This document shows, piece after piece, positions 1-8,244 of a stretch of 64,000 nt of DNA. Each line of letters starts with the position of its first letter. Position 1 is the first letter of the stretch. Source of the stretch: an uncultured Christensenella sp. (GTDB lineage Bacteria; Bacillota; Clostridia; Christensenellales; UBA1242); NCBI GenBank assembly GCA_949294455.1, contig CASFHD010000003.1:8219-72218 (forward strand), given 5' to 3'. The notes below the pieces were generated by a model. That model saw only the letters and a list, made by a program, of their open reading frames with translations, was not told the DNA's origin and searched no databases. Position numbers and translations under genes: made by a program.

Positions 1-870
1 ATGATAGATGCACGAACAAGTTTATTGAATGCAAGAATGTTAAATATTGATAATAAGGTTATCAATCAATTAGAAGAAGAATTTAACAATATGGCAAAAT
101 ATTTTAAATCGGATAAAAATTATAAGAGATTTATATCGGATAACATTGTTAAAATAAAGAGTCAACATAGTCCATTTAGTAGAATTTATGCAGATTTTGA
201 TTATAGATTTATTTGGGATTTATTTTCGGGCGAATTTGATTTTGTAAATGATTTTAGTGCAAAAAATATATATGAAATTTTATTAAAAGCGTCAAGATGC
301 GTAAAAAACAAAACTAAAGATTTAAATAAAATTAGTTTGAGTTTAGAAAATAAAAACTATCATACTTTTATTGGATTTAAAAAACTAACTTTGAATCAAT
401 TAGCAAATATAATTTATTCGTATGTCCTTACAAAATGCAATGTTGATATGCACCAATCTAGACCAAATTTATTAGGTAAAGGTGAACTTGTGCGTTATGT
501 ATTTTATTTTGTATTAAATAACTTAAAAGGTTTGGGACTTGATAGCGGTGTAGAAATTGCACTAAAAATGGCTATAATAAAAAAATTGTCTCCAATGTTG
601 AAACAATTAATAAAATCTAAAATTTATTATAGATATACTTTTAAGGGTATTAAAGATAGTGAAATTGTAACTTGCGAAATAGAAAAATTGAATCAATTGT
701 TGATGAATTTAGATATGCTTTTAAAACTAACAGAAAAATTAGAAAATAAATCTTTAACTGAAATTCAAAAAATGTATGAAAATTCTGATCAAGAATTTTT
801 AATTGAACTAGTTGATAATATCATTATTGATAATTTTAAATTTAGTAACGAGTTAAAATTAGAAAAATAA
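1..870 (+). CDS. hypothetical protein; ORF opens at the window edge so the true N-terminus is uncertain
   Basis: Uninterrupted 289-codon ORF with N/K/I/L-rich composition typical of the other genes here. No catalytic or binding motif recognised. Confidence 0.45.
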   Translation: MIDARTSLLNARMLNIDNKVINQLEEEFNNMAKYFKSDKNYKRFISDNIVKIKSQHSPFSRIYADFDYRFIWDLFSGEFDFVNDFSAKNIYEILLKASRCVKNKTKDLNKISLSLENKNYHTFIGFKKLTLNQLANIIYSYVLTKCNVDMHQSRPNLLGKGELVRYVFYFVLNNLKGLGLDSGVEIALKMAIIKKLSPMLKQLIKSKIYYRYTFKGIKDSEIVTCEIEKLNQLLMNLDMLLKLTEKLENKSLTEIQKMYENSDQEFLIELVDNIIIDNFKFSNELKLEK

Positions 871-1055
871 AACTTAATTTTCTATAAAAAATTCAACAAT
901 ATTGTATTTTAAAAAGATAACAATTTTTGTAAATTTAAACATTTTTGAATTTAATGACGGATTGAAATTGGAAAAATAAAAATTCAACTTTCTATAATTA
1001 ATTTATTAACATTGTATCTTAAAATCATAACGATTTTTTGCAAATTTAAACATTT
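859..1055. repeat. imperfect tandem duplication, 2 copies at ~109-bp period, beginning in the last codons of the upstream ORF
   Basis: ttagaaaaataa...ttctataa...attgtat.ttaaaa..ataac.attttt.g.aaatttaaacatttt occurs at ~859-946 and again at ~968-1055. Confidence 0.6.
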
Positions 1056-1061
1056 TCTTTG

Positions 1062-1082
1062 AAAAGGCTTTAGCCTTTTTTT
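1062..1082 (+). terminator. rho-independent terminator
   Basis: Hairpin aaaaggc-ttta-gcctttt followed by a T run. Confidence 0.6.
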
Positions 1083-1135
1083 GTTTGACAATATAGTGTG
1101 ATTTTTATATAATATTTTTAAAATTAGGAGAAATT

Positions 1136-1858
1136 ATGAGCGGACATAATAAGTGGAGTAAAATAAAAAATAGTAAAGGAAAAGCAGATAGTGAAAGAAG
1201 TAATATGTTTACAAAGCTATCTAGAGAAATTTTGGTAGCTGTAAAAGAGGGTGGACCAGAAGTAGAAAGCAATTACAGACTTAAAACTGCTATTGCAAAA
1301 GCAAGAGAATGTAATATGCCAAACGATAAAATTAATAATATAATTAAAAAGACTAATTCTTCAGATACTTCCAATTTTGAAAGACAAACTTATGAAGGAT
1401 ATGGAATAGGCGGTGTAGCGGTAATTGTAGAATGTTTAACTGACAATAAAAATAGGACAGCAAGTGATGTTAGGTATGCTTTTGATAAATTCGGTGGAAG
1501 TTTAGGTTCAACCGGCTGTGTTTCATATATGTTTGAAAAAAAGGGTTTAATAATCGTTGAAAAGACAAAAGATTTTGATATTGATGTTGCTATAGGTCTT
1601 GCCTTAGAAAATAATGCAGATGATTTTAAAGAATACGATGATAGTCTTGAAATCTATTCATCGCCTGATGAAAAAATTGTGGAAGAACTTGAAAAAGCGT
1701 TTACTAATGCAAACTTTAATGTTGTATCGGCTGAAATAGATTTAATTCCATCAAATTACATAACACTTGATGAAAAACAAAATGAAACTTTTGAAAAAAT
1801 GATTTCAAAATTAGAAGATTTAGATGATGTGCAAGAGGTAATTCACAACAGAGAATAA
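1136..1858 (+). CDS. yebC: YebC/PmpR-family transcriptional regulator
   Basis: N-terminus MSGHNKWSKIK...K is the family hallmark. 240 aa. AGGAG RBS upstream. Confidence 0.9.
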   Translation: MSGHNKWSKIKNSKGKADSERSNMFTKLSREILVAVKEGGPEVESNYRLKTAIAKARECNMPNDKINNIIKKTNSSDTSNFERQTYEGYGIGGVAVIVECLTDNKNRTASDVRYAFDKFGGSLGSTGCVSYMFEKKGLIIVEKTKDFDIDVAIGLALENNADDFKEYDDSLEIYSSPDEKIVEELEKAFTNANFNVVSAEIDLIPSNYITLDEKQNETFEKMISKLEDLDDVQEVIHNRE

Positions 1859-1919
1859 TCAGTTTAATTATTCATTAGTAGAATAATTCATTAAAACACA
1901 TTTGAAATGAGGGGTAATT

Positions 1920-2453
1920 ATGAACACACAAGAAAAAGCATTTGATATTTTAAAATCTTTAAACGAAAATAGGCAACTACTAACAAGCGTTTACGGGTTG
2001 TATCAAACAAAGTTGCAAACGCTCGAAATGCAAAAAATGCAGATGTTTGAAATATATGAATTAATTATGGAAAAGTTTGATGATTTAAAATCTAATCAAT
2101 CAAAAAAAATAAGTCAAACTAAATTAAAACTTGTAAAAAAAGATTTAGATATCAAAAAGAATGAATTTGATGACTTATATAAAGGTATTTTATGTGCTTT
2201 TGATGATATTGAAAAATTAAGAGTTATGTATAAAAAAAATATTTTAAATGCAACTAGTAATTTTAAATCTTTAAATTCTGAAGATTTAGACAAAAACATT
2301 AAACAAAGTTATTTAAAGCAAGTATCATTTATAAAAAAAGTATTAGAGGCTATTAAAAAATTAAAGGAGAAATATGCTAAAATCGTTTCAGAAGTAGAAA
2401 GCGAAATGAATGAATTTACTGCTTTGTATAAAAAATTTGACCAAGTTGCTTAA
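1920..2453 (+). CDS. hypothetical coiled-coil protein
   Basis: 177-aa K/E/L-rich ORF with a GAGGGG RBS, between yebC and ruvC. No motif recognised. Confidence 0.5.
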   Translation: MNTQEKAFDILKSLNENRQLLTSVYGLYQTKLQTLEMQKMQMFEIYELIMEKFDDLKSNQSKKISQTKLKLVKKDLDIKKNEFDDLYKGILCAFDDIEKLRVMYKKNILNATSNFKSLNSEDLDKNIKQSYLKQVSFIKKVLEAIKKLKEKYAKIVSEVESEMNEFTALYKKFDQVA

Positions 2454-2467
2454 ATGTATGAGGAAGT

Positions 2468-2953
2468 ATGAGAGTTTTAGGTATTGACCCGGGTTATGGG
2501 ATTATTGGCTTTGGAATTATCGAAAGTAATGGTAATAAAGTTATAGATTATGGAGTAATTACAACACCAAAGGGTATGAAAATGTCAGAGCGTTTGCTCA
2601 CTATTGATAAAGGTATGAACGAATTACTTGATAATTATGAAGTTGATGCTGTGGCTTTTGAAGAACTCTTTTTTAATACAAATCAAAAGACGGCGGTGAA
2701 TGTCGCTATGGCTAGAGGTGTTTGTATGACAGCGTGTAAAAGGCGAATGAATGATTTATATGAATATACACCTTTACAAATTAAACAGGCTTTGACTGGG
2801 GTCGGTAGAGCAGAAAAAAAACAAGTGCAATTTATGGTAAAATCTATTTTGGGACTTAAGGATATTCCAAAACCAGATGATGCAGCAGATGCTTTAGCAG
2901 TTGCATTAACTCATATACAAACTAACAGCATACTTGTTGATAACAGAATTTAG
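2468..2953 (+). CDS. ruvC: crossover junction endodeoxyribonuclease RuvC
   Basis: MRVLGIDPGYG start, internal EE..F motif and C-terminal DAADALA motif. 161 aa. Confidence 0.9.
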   Translation: MRVLGIDPGYGIIGFGIIESNGNKVIDYGVITTPKGMKMSERLLTIDKGMNELLDNYEVDAVAFEELFFNTNQKTAVNVAMARGVCMTACKRRMNDLYEYTPLQIKQALTGVGRAEKKQVQFMVKSILGLKDIPKPDDAADALAVALTHIQTNSILVDNRI

Positions 2954-2960
2954 GAGTTTT

Positions 2961-3824
2961 ATGGGATTATTTAGCAATTTTTTTAAAAGAGTAAAATATA
3001 CTTTTACACGAACAGATCTTGATGATGACTTTTATGATGAACTTGAAATGACTTTAATTTCTTCTGATATGGGGGCAAATACTGCTTTAGAAATTATGGA
3101 CGAATTAAAATCAAAATGTAAAAAGGCTTTGGTTAAAGATAGCGATTCAGCAATGCTTATTTTAAAAGATATTTTGATTGAAAGGTTGAATATTCAAAAA
3201 ATCAATTTTAACTATCCACTGATTTTAACAGTTATAGGTGTAAATGGTGTAGGGAAGACAACAACTATTGCAAAACTTGCAAAATTTTTTTTAAATCAGA
3301 AAAAAACTGTTATGTTGGCTGCAGGTGATACTTTTAGAGCAGGTGCAACTGAACAGTTAAACACTTGGGCTGAAAAATTAAATGTTAAAATTATAAAGCA
3401 GGGCGAGGGAGCGGACAGTGCATCAGTAGCGTTTGATGCTATTACAAGTTTTAAATCTAAAAATTTAGATGTCCTTTTAATTGATACGGCAGGAAGATTA
3501 CACACTAAAGTTAATCTTATGAAAGAACTTGAAAAAATTTCTAATGTGTCAAAAAAAGTTTTTGAACAGGCTAACAGATTAAATATTATGGTATTAGATG
3601 CTTCAATTGGCTTAAACTCTATTGAACAAGTAAAAGCATTTAAAGATAGCGTTAAAATTGACGGAATTATTTTAACAAAATTAGATGGGACATCAAAAGG
3701 TGGTGTTATTTTCCCTATTTTAAAAGATTTGAACATTCCTGTTATGTTTACAGGTTTTGGTGAGAAATTAGATGATTTACAAATTTTTGATGCAAAGAGT
3801 TTTGTAGAAAATATATTATTTTAA
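2961..3824 (+). CDS. ftsY: signal recognition particle receptor FtsY; start moved to the ATG after the TAGGAG RBS
   Basis: NG domain motifs GVNGVGKTTT, DTAGR and TKLDG. The track ORF starts at 2934 inside ruvC, whereas ATG 2961 has an RBS. Confidence 0.9.
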   Translation: MGLFSNFFKRVKYTFTRTDLDDDFYDELEMTLISSDMGANTALEIMDELKSKCKKALVKDSDSAMLILKDILIERLNIQKINFNYPLILTVIGVNGVGKTTTIAKLAKFFLNQKKTVMLAAGDTFRAGATEQLNTWAEKLNVKIIKQGEGADSASVAFDAITSFKSKNLDVLLIDTAGRLHTKVNLMKELEKISNVSKKVFEQANRLNIMVLDASIGLNSIEQVKAFKDSVKIDGIILTKLDGTSKGGVIFPILKDLNIPVMFTGFGEKLDDLQIFDAKSFVENILF

Positions 3825-3836
3825 TTTGGAGAAGAT

Positions 3837-4724
3837 ATGATTAATTGGTTTCCTGGACATATGTCTAAAACATTAAAAGAATTAAAAGCAAAAAGCAAAC
3901 TTGCTAATCTTTTTATATATGTTTTAGATGCTAGATGCCCAAAATCTTGCATTAATCCAGAATTTATAAGTATTATAAAGGGAAAGCCTATAATTTATGT
4001 TTTAAATAAATCTGACATTGCGGATAAAGAATATGTAACATCAGTCATTAATGAATTAAATAATCCAAAAGAAAATGTTATAGCAATACCGCTTGATGCA
4101 ACAAAATCAAATACAAGCAATTTGATAGTGTCAAATATTTTAAAATTAATGAAAACTAACATTGTAAAAAACGAAAGCAATAATGTAAAATTTGTTTTTC
4201 GTGCAATGGTAATTGGAGTTCCTAATTGTGGAAAATCTACTCTCATTAACAACTTATTGGGTAAAAATGTATTAAAAGTAGGAAATAAAGCAGGTGTTAC
4301 AAGACAAACCTCTTGGGCAAAAATTAATTCTACTTTAGAAGTAATGGATACGCCAGGAACATTGTATCCTAAGATTTCTACAGATGAAATAGGTTATAAT
4401 CTTGCCTTTGTGGGTTCAATTAATGACGATATTTTAGATTTAGTAGATTTAAGTTATAAATTGATCGAAAGACTTATAAATTCAAAATATAGCGTTATTT
4501 TTCAAAAAAAATATGACTTAAACCTATCAGATTATCAAGATGAAGAAATTGTAAATGAATATGGTGAAGTTGTAAAAATTTCATTTATAAAAAAAATATT
4601 TATTCAGATTGCAAAAAATAGAGGTGCCATTATTAAAGGTGGAGAAATTGATTTTGAAAGAACGGCAAAGATTATATTAACTGATTTTAGAAGCGGGAAA
4701 TTAGGAAAAATTAGTTTTTATTGA
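3837..4724 (+). CDS. rbgA: ribosome biogenesis GTPase A (YlqF/RbgA), circularly permuted GTPase
   Basis: MINWFPGHM start. Permuted order NKSD ... GVPNCGKST ... DTPG. Confidence 0.85.
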   Translation: MINWFPGHMSKTLKELKAKSKLANLFIYVLDARCPKSCINPEFISIIKGKPIIYVLNKSDIADKEYVTSVINELNNPKENVIAIPLDATKSNTSNLIVSNILKLMKTNIVKNESNNVKFVFRAMVIGVPNCGKSTLINNLLGKNVLKVGNKAGVTRQTSWAKINSTLEVMDTPGTLYPKISTDEIGYNLAFVGSINDDILDLVDLSYKLIERLINSKYSVIFQKKYDLNLSDYQDEEIVNEYGEVVKISFIKKIFIQIAKNRGAIIKGGEIDFERTAKIILTDFRSGKLGKISFY

Positions 4725-4902
4725 TATTAAAAAAATATAATATTTTTAATAAAATAAATAAGTAACCAACATTAAATTAATTTAATTTTATTTACTAAAT
4801 TAATTTATTTTTGAAAACATAAAATAGTAAAATATTATTAAATATTCAAATTAGTTATTAGATAATTGAAATTTACTTTATGATTTTGTTATAGGATGAA
4901 AA

Positions 4903-5526
4903 ATGTTAGATACACAAAAGATTTTTGATTATGATTTAGATATCATCAATAAAAGTAACATCAAGTTTTTGGCAGGAGTAGATGAAGTGGGTAGAGGACC
5001 ACTTGCGGGTCCTGTAGTTACTTGTGCGATTATTATGAAGTATGATAAAATTATTATGGGCGTATTTGACTCAAAAAGAGTCAGTGAAAAAAAGCGAAAT
5101 GTTTTGTATGATGAAATTTTAAAAAACTGCGAAGCAGTCTCAATCTCTATGGAAAATGAAAAAGTTATAGACGAAATTAATATTTTAAATGCTACGAAAA
5201 AATCTATGACATCTAGTGTAGAAAATCTTTCAATCACACCAGATTTAGTTTTGATTGATGCTATAGATGATTTGAAAGTAAAACCTAAAATCCGTGGAAT
5301 TATAAAAGGTGATTCAACTTCGTATGCAATTGCTTGTGCTTCAATTATAGCAAAGGTTACCAGAGATAGATTAATGGAAACTTATGATAATCTGTATCCT
5401 AATTATGACTTTAAAGCGAATAAAGGATATGGAACAAAAAAGCACATTGAAGCAATAAAAAAGTACGGATTGTGTGATATTCATAGACGCTCATTTACTA
5501 AAAATTTTACAAGAACAAATTGTTAA
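4903..5526 (+). CDS. rnhB: ribonuclease HII
   Basis: GVDEVGRGPLAGPVV catalytic motif and DSK..S motif. Conserved rbgA-rnhB synteny. Confidence 0.9.
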   Translation: MLDTQKIFDYDLDIINKSNIKFLAGVDEVGRGPLAGPVVTCAIIMKYDKIIMGVFDSKRVSEKKRNVLYDEILKNCEAVSISMENEKVIDEINILNATKKSMTSSVENLSITPDLVLIDAIDDLKVKPKIRGIIKGDSTSYAIACASIIAKVTRDRLMETYDNLYPNYDFKANKGYGTKKHIEAIKKYGLCDIHRRSFTKNFTRTNC

Positions 5527-5634
5527 TTTGAATAACCATGAAAAGTTTTTGTTTTAAATGTTTTTATATCAATCAAACAAAATAAATTTTAATAATAGTA
5601 AAATTAATTATTTATTGTATAATTTATAACTAAT

Positions 5635-5672
5635 AAAAAAGGACTTTGTTTATTTAAAAGTCCTGTTTTTTT
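5635..5672. terminator. bidirectional rho-independent terminator between convergent genes
   Basis: A-run, stem ggacttt/aaagtcc with a 9-nt loop, then a T-run. Confidence 0.6.
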
Positions 5673-5688
5673 ATCTTTAAAAATTATA

Positions 5689-6840
5689 TTATCTCAAAAA
5701 CAAGTTAACTTCTCTTGTTGCTCGTTCTTCTCGTGGTAAATTGTTTAATAAGTCATAAATTTGTTCCATATATAATTTTCCATCTTTAGATTTTGTTAAA
5801 ACACTCTTAATATAGTCCACAACCATTTTATGAAATTCTTTTTTCTTTCCTTCAATCTTTAAATCATTTGTATATATAATTTGTTCGTATATAGAATTTG
5901 GTTTTACAATTTCTACTGCTAAATTTTGTAAATTTTTTATATCAGACAAACCTATATTAATAGGAGTTACTCCATTTTCTTTCATTGCATCTTTAAATTT
6001 ATCATACTTAGAATAATTTTCTAATAAAGCATTAGTTAAAATTATAAAATACAAGTAGTCCATATTTCTAGATATTCGCGATGTGTTTAGATATGATAAA
6101 AAATATTCTTTTTTATTATCTAATGTTGATTTAGGATTTTCTACTGTATTTAAAAATTTTTTATATGTTTTAAAATTTCCATTTTTAAATTCATCATCAA
6201 TTCTAATTATGATTTCACCTAAACTTTCGTATTGATTATCAATTTTATAACCATTTAAATAAGATTTTAATATACTATTTTCACTAGACAAATCTTCTTT
6301 AATAGATTCATTTAAATTAGGATATAACTCTTTAAAAGGGTAAAAATGATTATAATATGTTAAAACATTTCTAATCAAAACATCAAAATAACTAGTTAAA
6401 ATCGGAACTCTGCTATTTTCTAAATCTTGAGTTCTATTGAATTTTATATTGTCTATTAGATCAATTATTTCATTTAATTTCATTTCTTCTGAAAGAATTT
6501 CTAAACTGGATAATGAGATTCCAATATAATATTCACTGTATTCAGGTATTTTTTTGTTATGTTTATCTATTTTATATATTTTTTTTGAATTATCTAAAAT
6601 GGTATTTTCAAAGTCAATGCAACTTGCTAGAGAATTAATAACTGCACATACCAATAAATTATATGATTTTGAATTATCTACAAATTTAGTCTTTAATTGT
6701 TTAGAAATATCTTCATTATAATCAAAAATATTTTCCAACATACCTTTAAAAATATCATTTGCAAAAAGCATAATTAAATCATCTGGATAACTGTTAACTA
6801 TACCATTTACTTTTAATTTTGGAATTTCGTTCATATTCAC
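5689..6840 (-). CDS. hypothetical protein, lineage-specific, predicted all-helical
   Basis: 383-aa ORF on the opposite strand to the flanking conserved genes. No motif recognised. Confidence 0.55.
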   Translation of the reverse strand: MNMNEIPKLKVNGIVNSYPDDLIMLFANDIFKGMLENIFDYNEDISKQLKTKFVDNSKSYNLLVCAVINSLASCIDFENTILDNSKKIYKIDKHNKKIPEYSEYYIGISLSSLEILSEEMKLNEIIDLIDNIKFNRTQDLENSRVPILTSYFDVLIRNVLTYYNHFYPFKELYPNLNESIKEDLSSENSILKSYLNGYKIDNQYESLGEIIIRIDDEFKNGNFKTYKKFLNTVENPKSTLDNKKEYFLSYLNTSRISRNMDYLYFIILTNALLENYSKYDKFKDAMKENGVTPINIGLSDIKNLQNLAVEIVKPNSIYEQIIYTNDLKIEGKKKEFHKMVVDYIKSVLTKSKDGKLYMEQIYDLLNNLPREERATREVNLFLR

Positions 6841-6931
6841 CTCAAATTTGTCTTTAAATTAAATACTATTTTCTTTAATTTAAAGTTTCTTATTTTATAA
6901 TATATATTTTGTAATATTTTGTCAAGAATTA

Positions 6932-7270
6932 TTAAAAAGCATCTTTTATAATTCTTACATCTTCGCCGATAATCTCAATAGCATCAAATCTTATATTCAC
7001 ATCATATAAACAATTTAATTTTAAATAGTATTGAGCAGTAAGTTTAATATTTCTAATTTTTTTTGGTGTTATTGCTTCAAGTGGATTCATAAAACTTGTT
7101 GATTTTCTGTATTTTACTTCAGCAAATACATAAGTGCCATTATCTTTATATATTAAATCAATTTCGCCGATTTTACATTTAAAGTTGTGCATCAAAATTT
7201 CATATCCTAATTTTGATAACTCACCTTGTGCTAATGCTTCATACTTTTTTCCAACAATAGAATTATTCAT
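6932..7270 (-). CDS. yraN: YraN-family (UPF0102) endonuclease-like protein
   Basis: G...E..A..YL...GY.IL..N.....GEIDLI......VF.EVK.R pattern is present. 112 aa. Confidence 0.85.
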   Translation of the reverse strand: MNNSIVGKKYEALAQGELSKLGYEILMHNFKCKIGEIDLIYKDNGTYVFAEVKYRKSTSFMNPLEAITPKKIRNIKLTAQYYLKLNCLYDVNIRFDAIEIIGEDVRIIKDAF

Positions 7271-7276
7271 ACGTCT

Positions 7277-7304
7277 ATTTTAACATAATCTTACATTTTG
7301 TCAA
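7277..7304 (-). promoter_or_regulatory. candidate sigma-A promoter of yraN: TTGACA, 16 nt, TAAAAT, ending 6 nt before the ATG
   Basis: Read on the minus strand: ttgaca aaatgtaagattatgt taaaat agacgt ATG. There is no Shine-Dalgarno sequence. Confidence 0.35.
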
Positions 7305-7381
7305 TTTTTAAAAAACATTAATTTCAAATATTTGTCAATTTTTAAAAAACATTAATTTCAAATATTTGTCAATTTTAAATT
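7297..7381. repeat. 34-bp tandem repeat, 2 full copies plus a partial copy
   Basis: tttgtcaatttttaaaaaacattaatttcaaata repeated head-to-tail. Each copy carries TTGACA on the minus strand. Confidence 0.8.
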
Positions 7382-7768
7382 ACCAAATTAATTAAAGTTT
7401 GTTAAAAATGTTAATTATACTGTTGGAAATTAAAAACTATTCATATTAATTTAATCTCAATAGTATTAAATTAGCATTCAAAATTTATTTTGATAATCAA
7501 TTAAAACACAATACTATTATTAAAAATATAGAACTAAATTCGAAAAATGTTTTAGTTATTTTTTATTAGTAATTTAAAAATTATACTTTTTAAAATGTTT
7601 TTTTATGATATAGTGAATTAATAAATTTTAATTATAAAAATTGTGTTATATATAAAAATTAATTAAATTTAATGCTGTCAATACTAAAATTAACAATTAT
7701 AAATCAAATCTTATATGAAATTTATTAAAAATCATTGATTAAAAAGATATTTTATGTTAATATACTCA

Positions 7769-8043
7769 TGAGTCTTAATAGGTGGGGCGCTAGTGGTTCC
7801 CTGTACCCGAAATCCACTTTATGCGGGACTGATAACAATCTCGGCAATTTAAGTCGTGCGTTCGAGTGTCATTATAGTGTGTTGAAATTAAGGTCTTAGA
7901 CAATATTTCCTTATGAATCGTGTCAGGACAGGAATGTAGCATCACTAAGTAAGTTAAAGTATGTGCTTTAAGGTAGCTTTGATGGAGCATTATAATTTCA
8001 TTACAGCAGGGCTTGGTTGTCAAAATTGTGTTTAGGACTCGCC
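7769..8043 (+). ncRNA. ffs: signal recognition particle RNA, long Bacillus-type (scRNA) with Alu domain
   Basis: GC-rich island in an AT-rich spacer. The 5' gctagtggttccctgtacccgaaatcc segment resembles the B. subtilis scRNA Alu domain as I recall it. Domain IV gtgtcaggaca-GGAA-tgtagcatcactaag has a GGAA tetraloop at 7931-7934. The 5'/3' ends pair (gagtcttaa / ttaggactc). A terminator follows. Confidence 0.85.
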
Positions 8044-8046
8044 AAT

Positions 8047-8075
8047 AAAAAGTCTCTTGTTAAGAGATTTTTTTA
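8047..8075 (+). terminator. rho-independent terminator of the SRP RNA
   Basis: Stem tctctt/aagaga followed by a T run. Confidence 0.6.
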
Positions 8076-8153
8076 TGCTATTTTTATAATTTGGTTATAT
8101 GAATTATTTTATCACTGCATTGATGAATTTATATAATTTAGCAATTCAAATTA

Positions 8154-8182
8154 TTGTAATTTTTTTAATATTGTGCTAAAAT
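8154..8182 (+). promoter_or_regulatory. candidate sigma-A promoter of ileS: TTGTAA, 17 nt, TGcTAAAAT
   Basis: Hexamers with 17-nt spacing and an extended -10 TG. It overlaps the track's upstream start at 8173, which supports ATG 8245 as the real start. Confidence 0.45.
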
Positions 8183-8244
8183 ATCAATGTTATAAATTTA
8201 GAAGATTTTTAAAAATATCTTTTAAATATTATTTAGGAGTTATT

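Noticed and set aside
7790-8023. 77-aa minus-strand ORF in the ORF track
   Set aside because: It lies entirely inside the SRP RNA gene on the other strand. It has Cys/His/Thr-rich odd composition and no RBS, so it is an artefact of the GC-rich RNA gene.
7769-8244. Possible T-box leader for ileS, because a structured GC-rich element sits upstream of an aaRS gene
   Set aside because: The element matches SRP RNA features (Alu-domain segment, GGAA tetraloop domain IV, paired termini). It is followed by its own terminator and then a separate promoter. No T-box or specifier features are seen.
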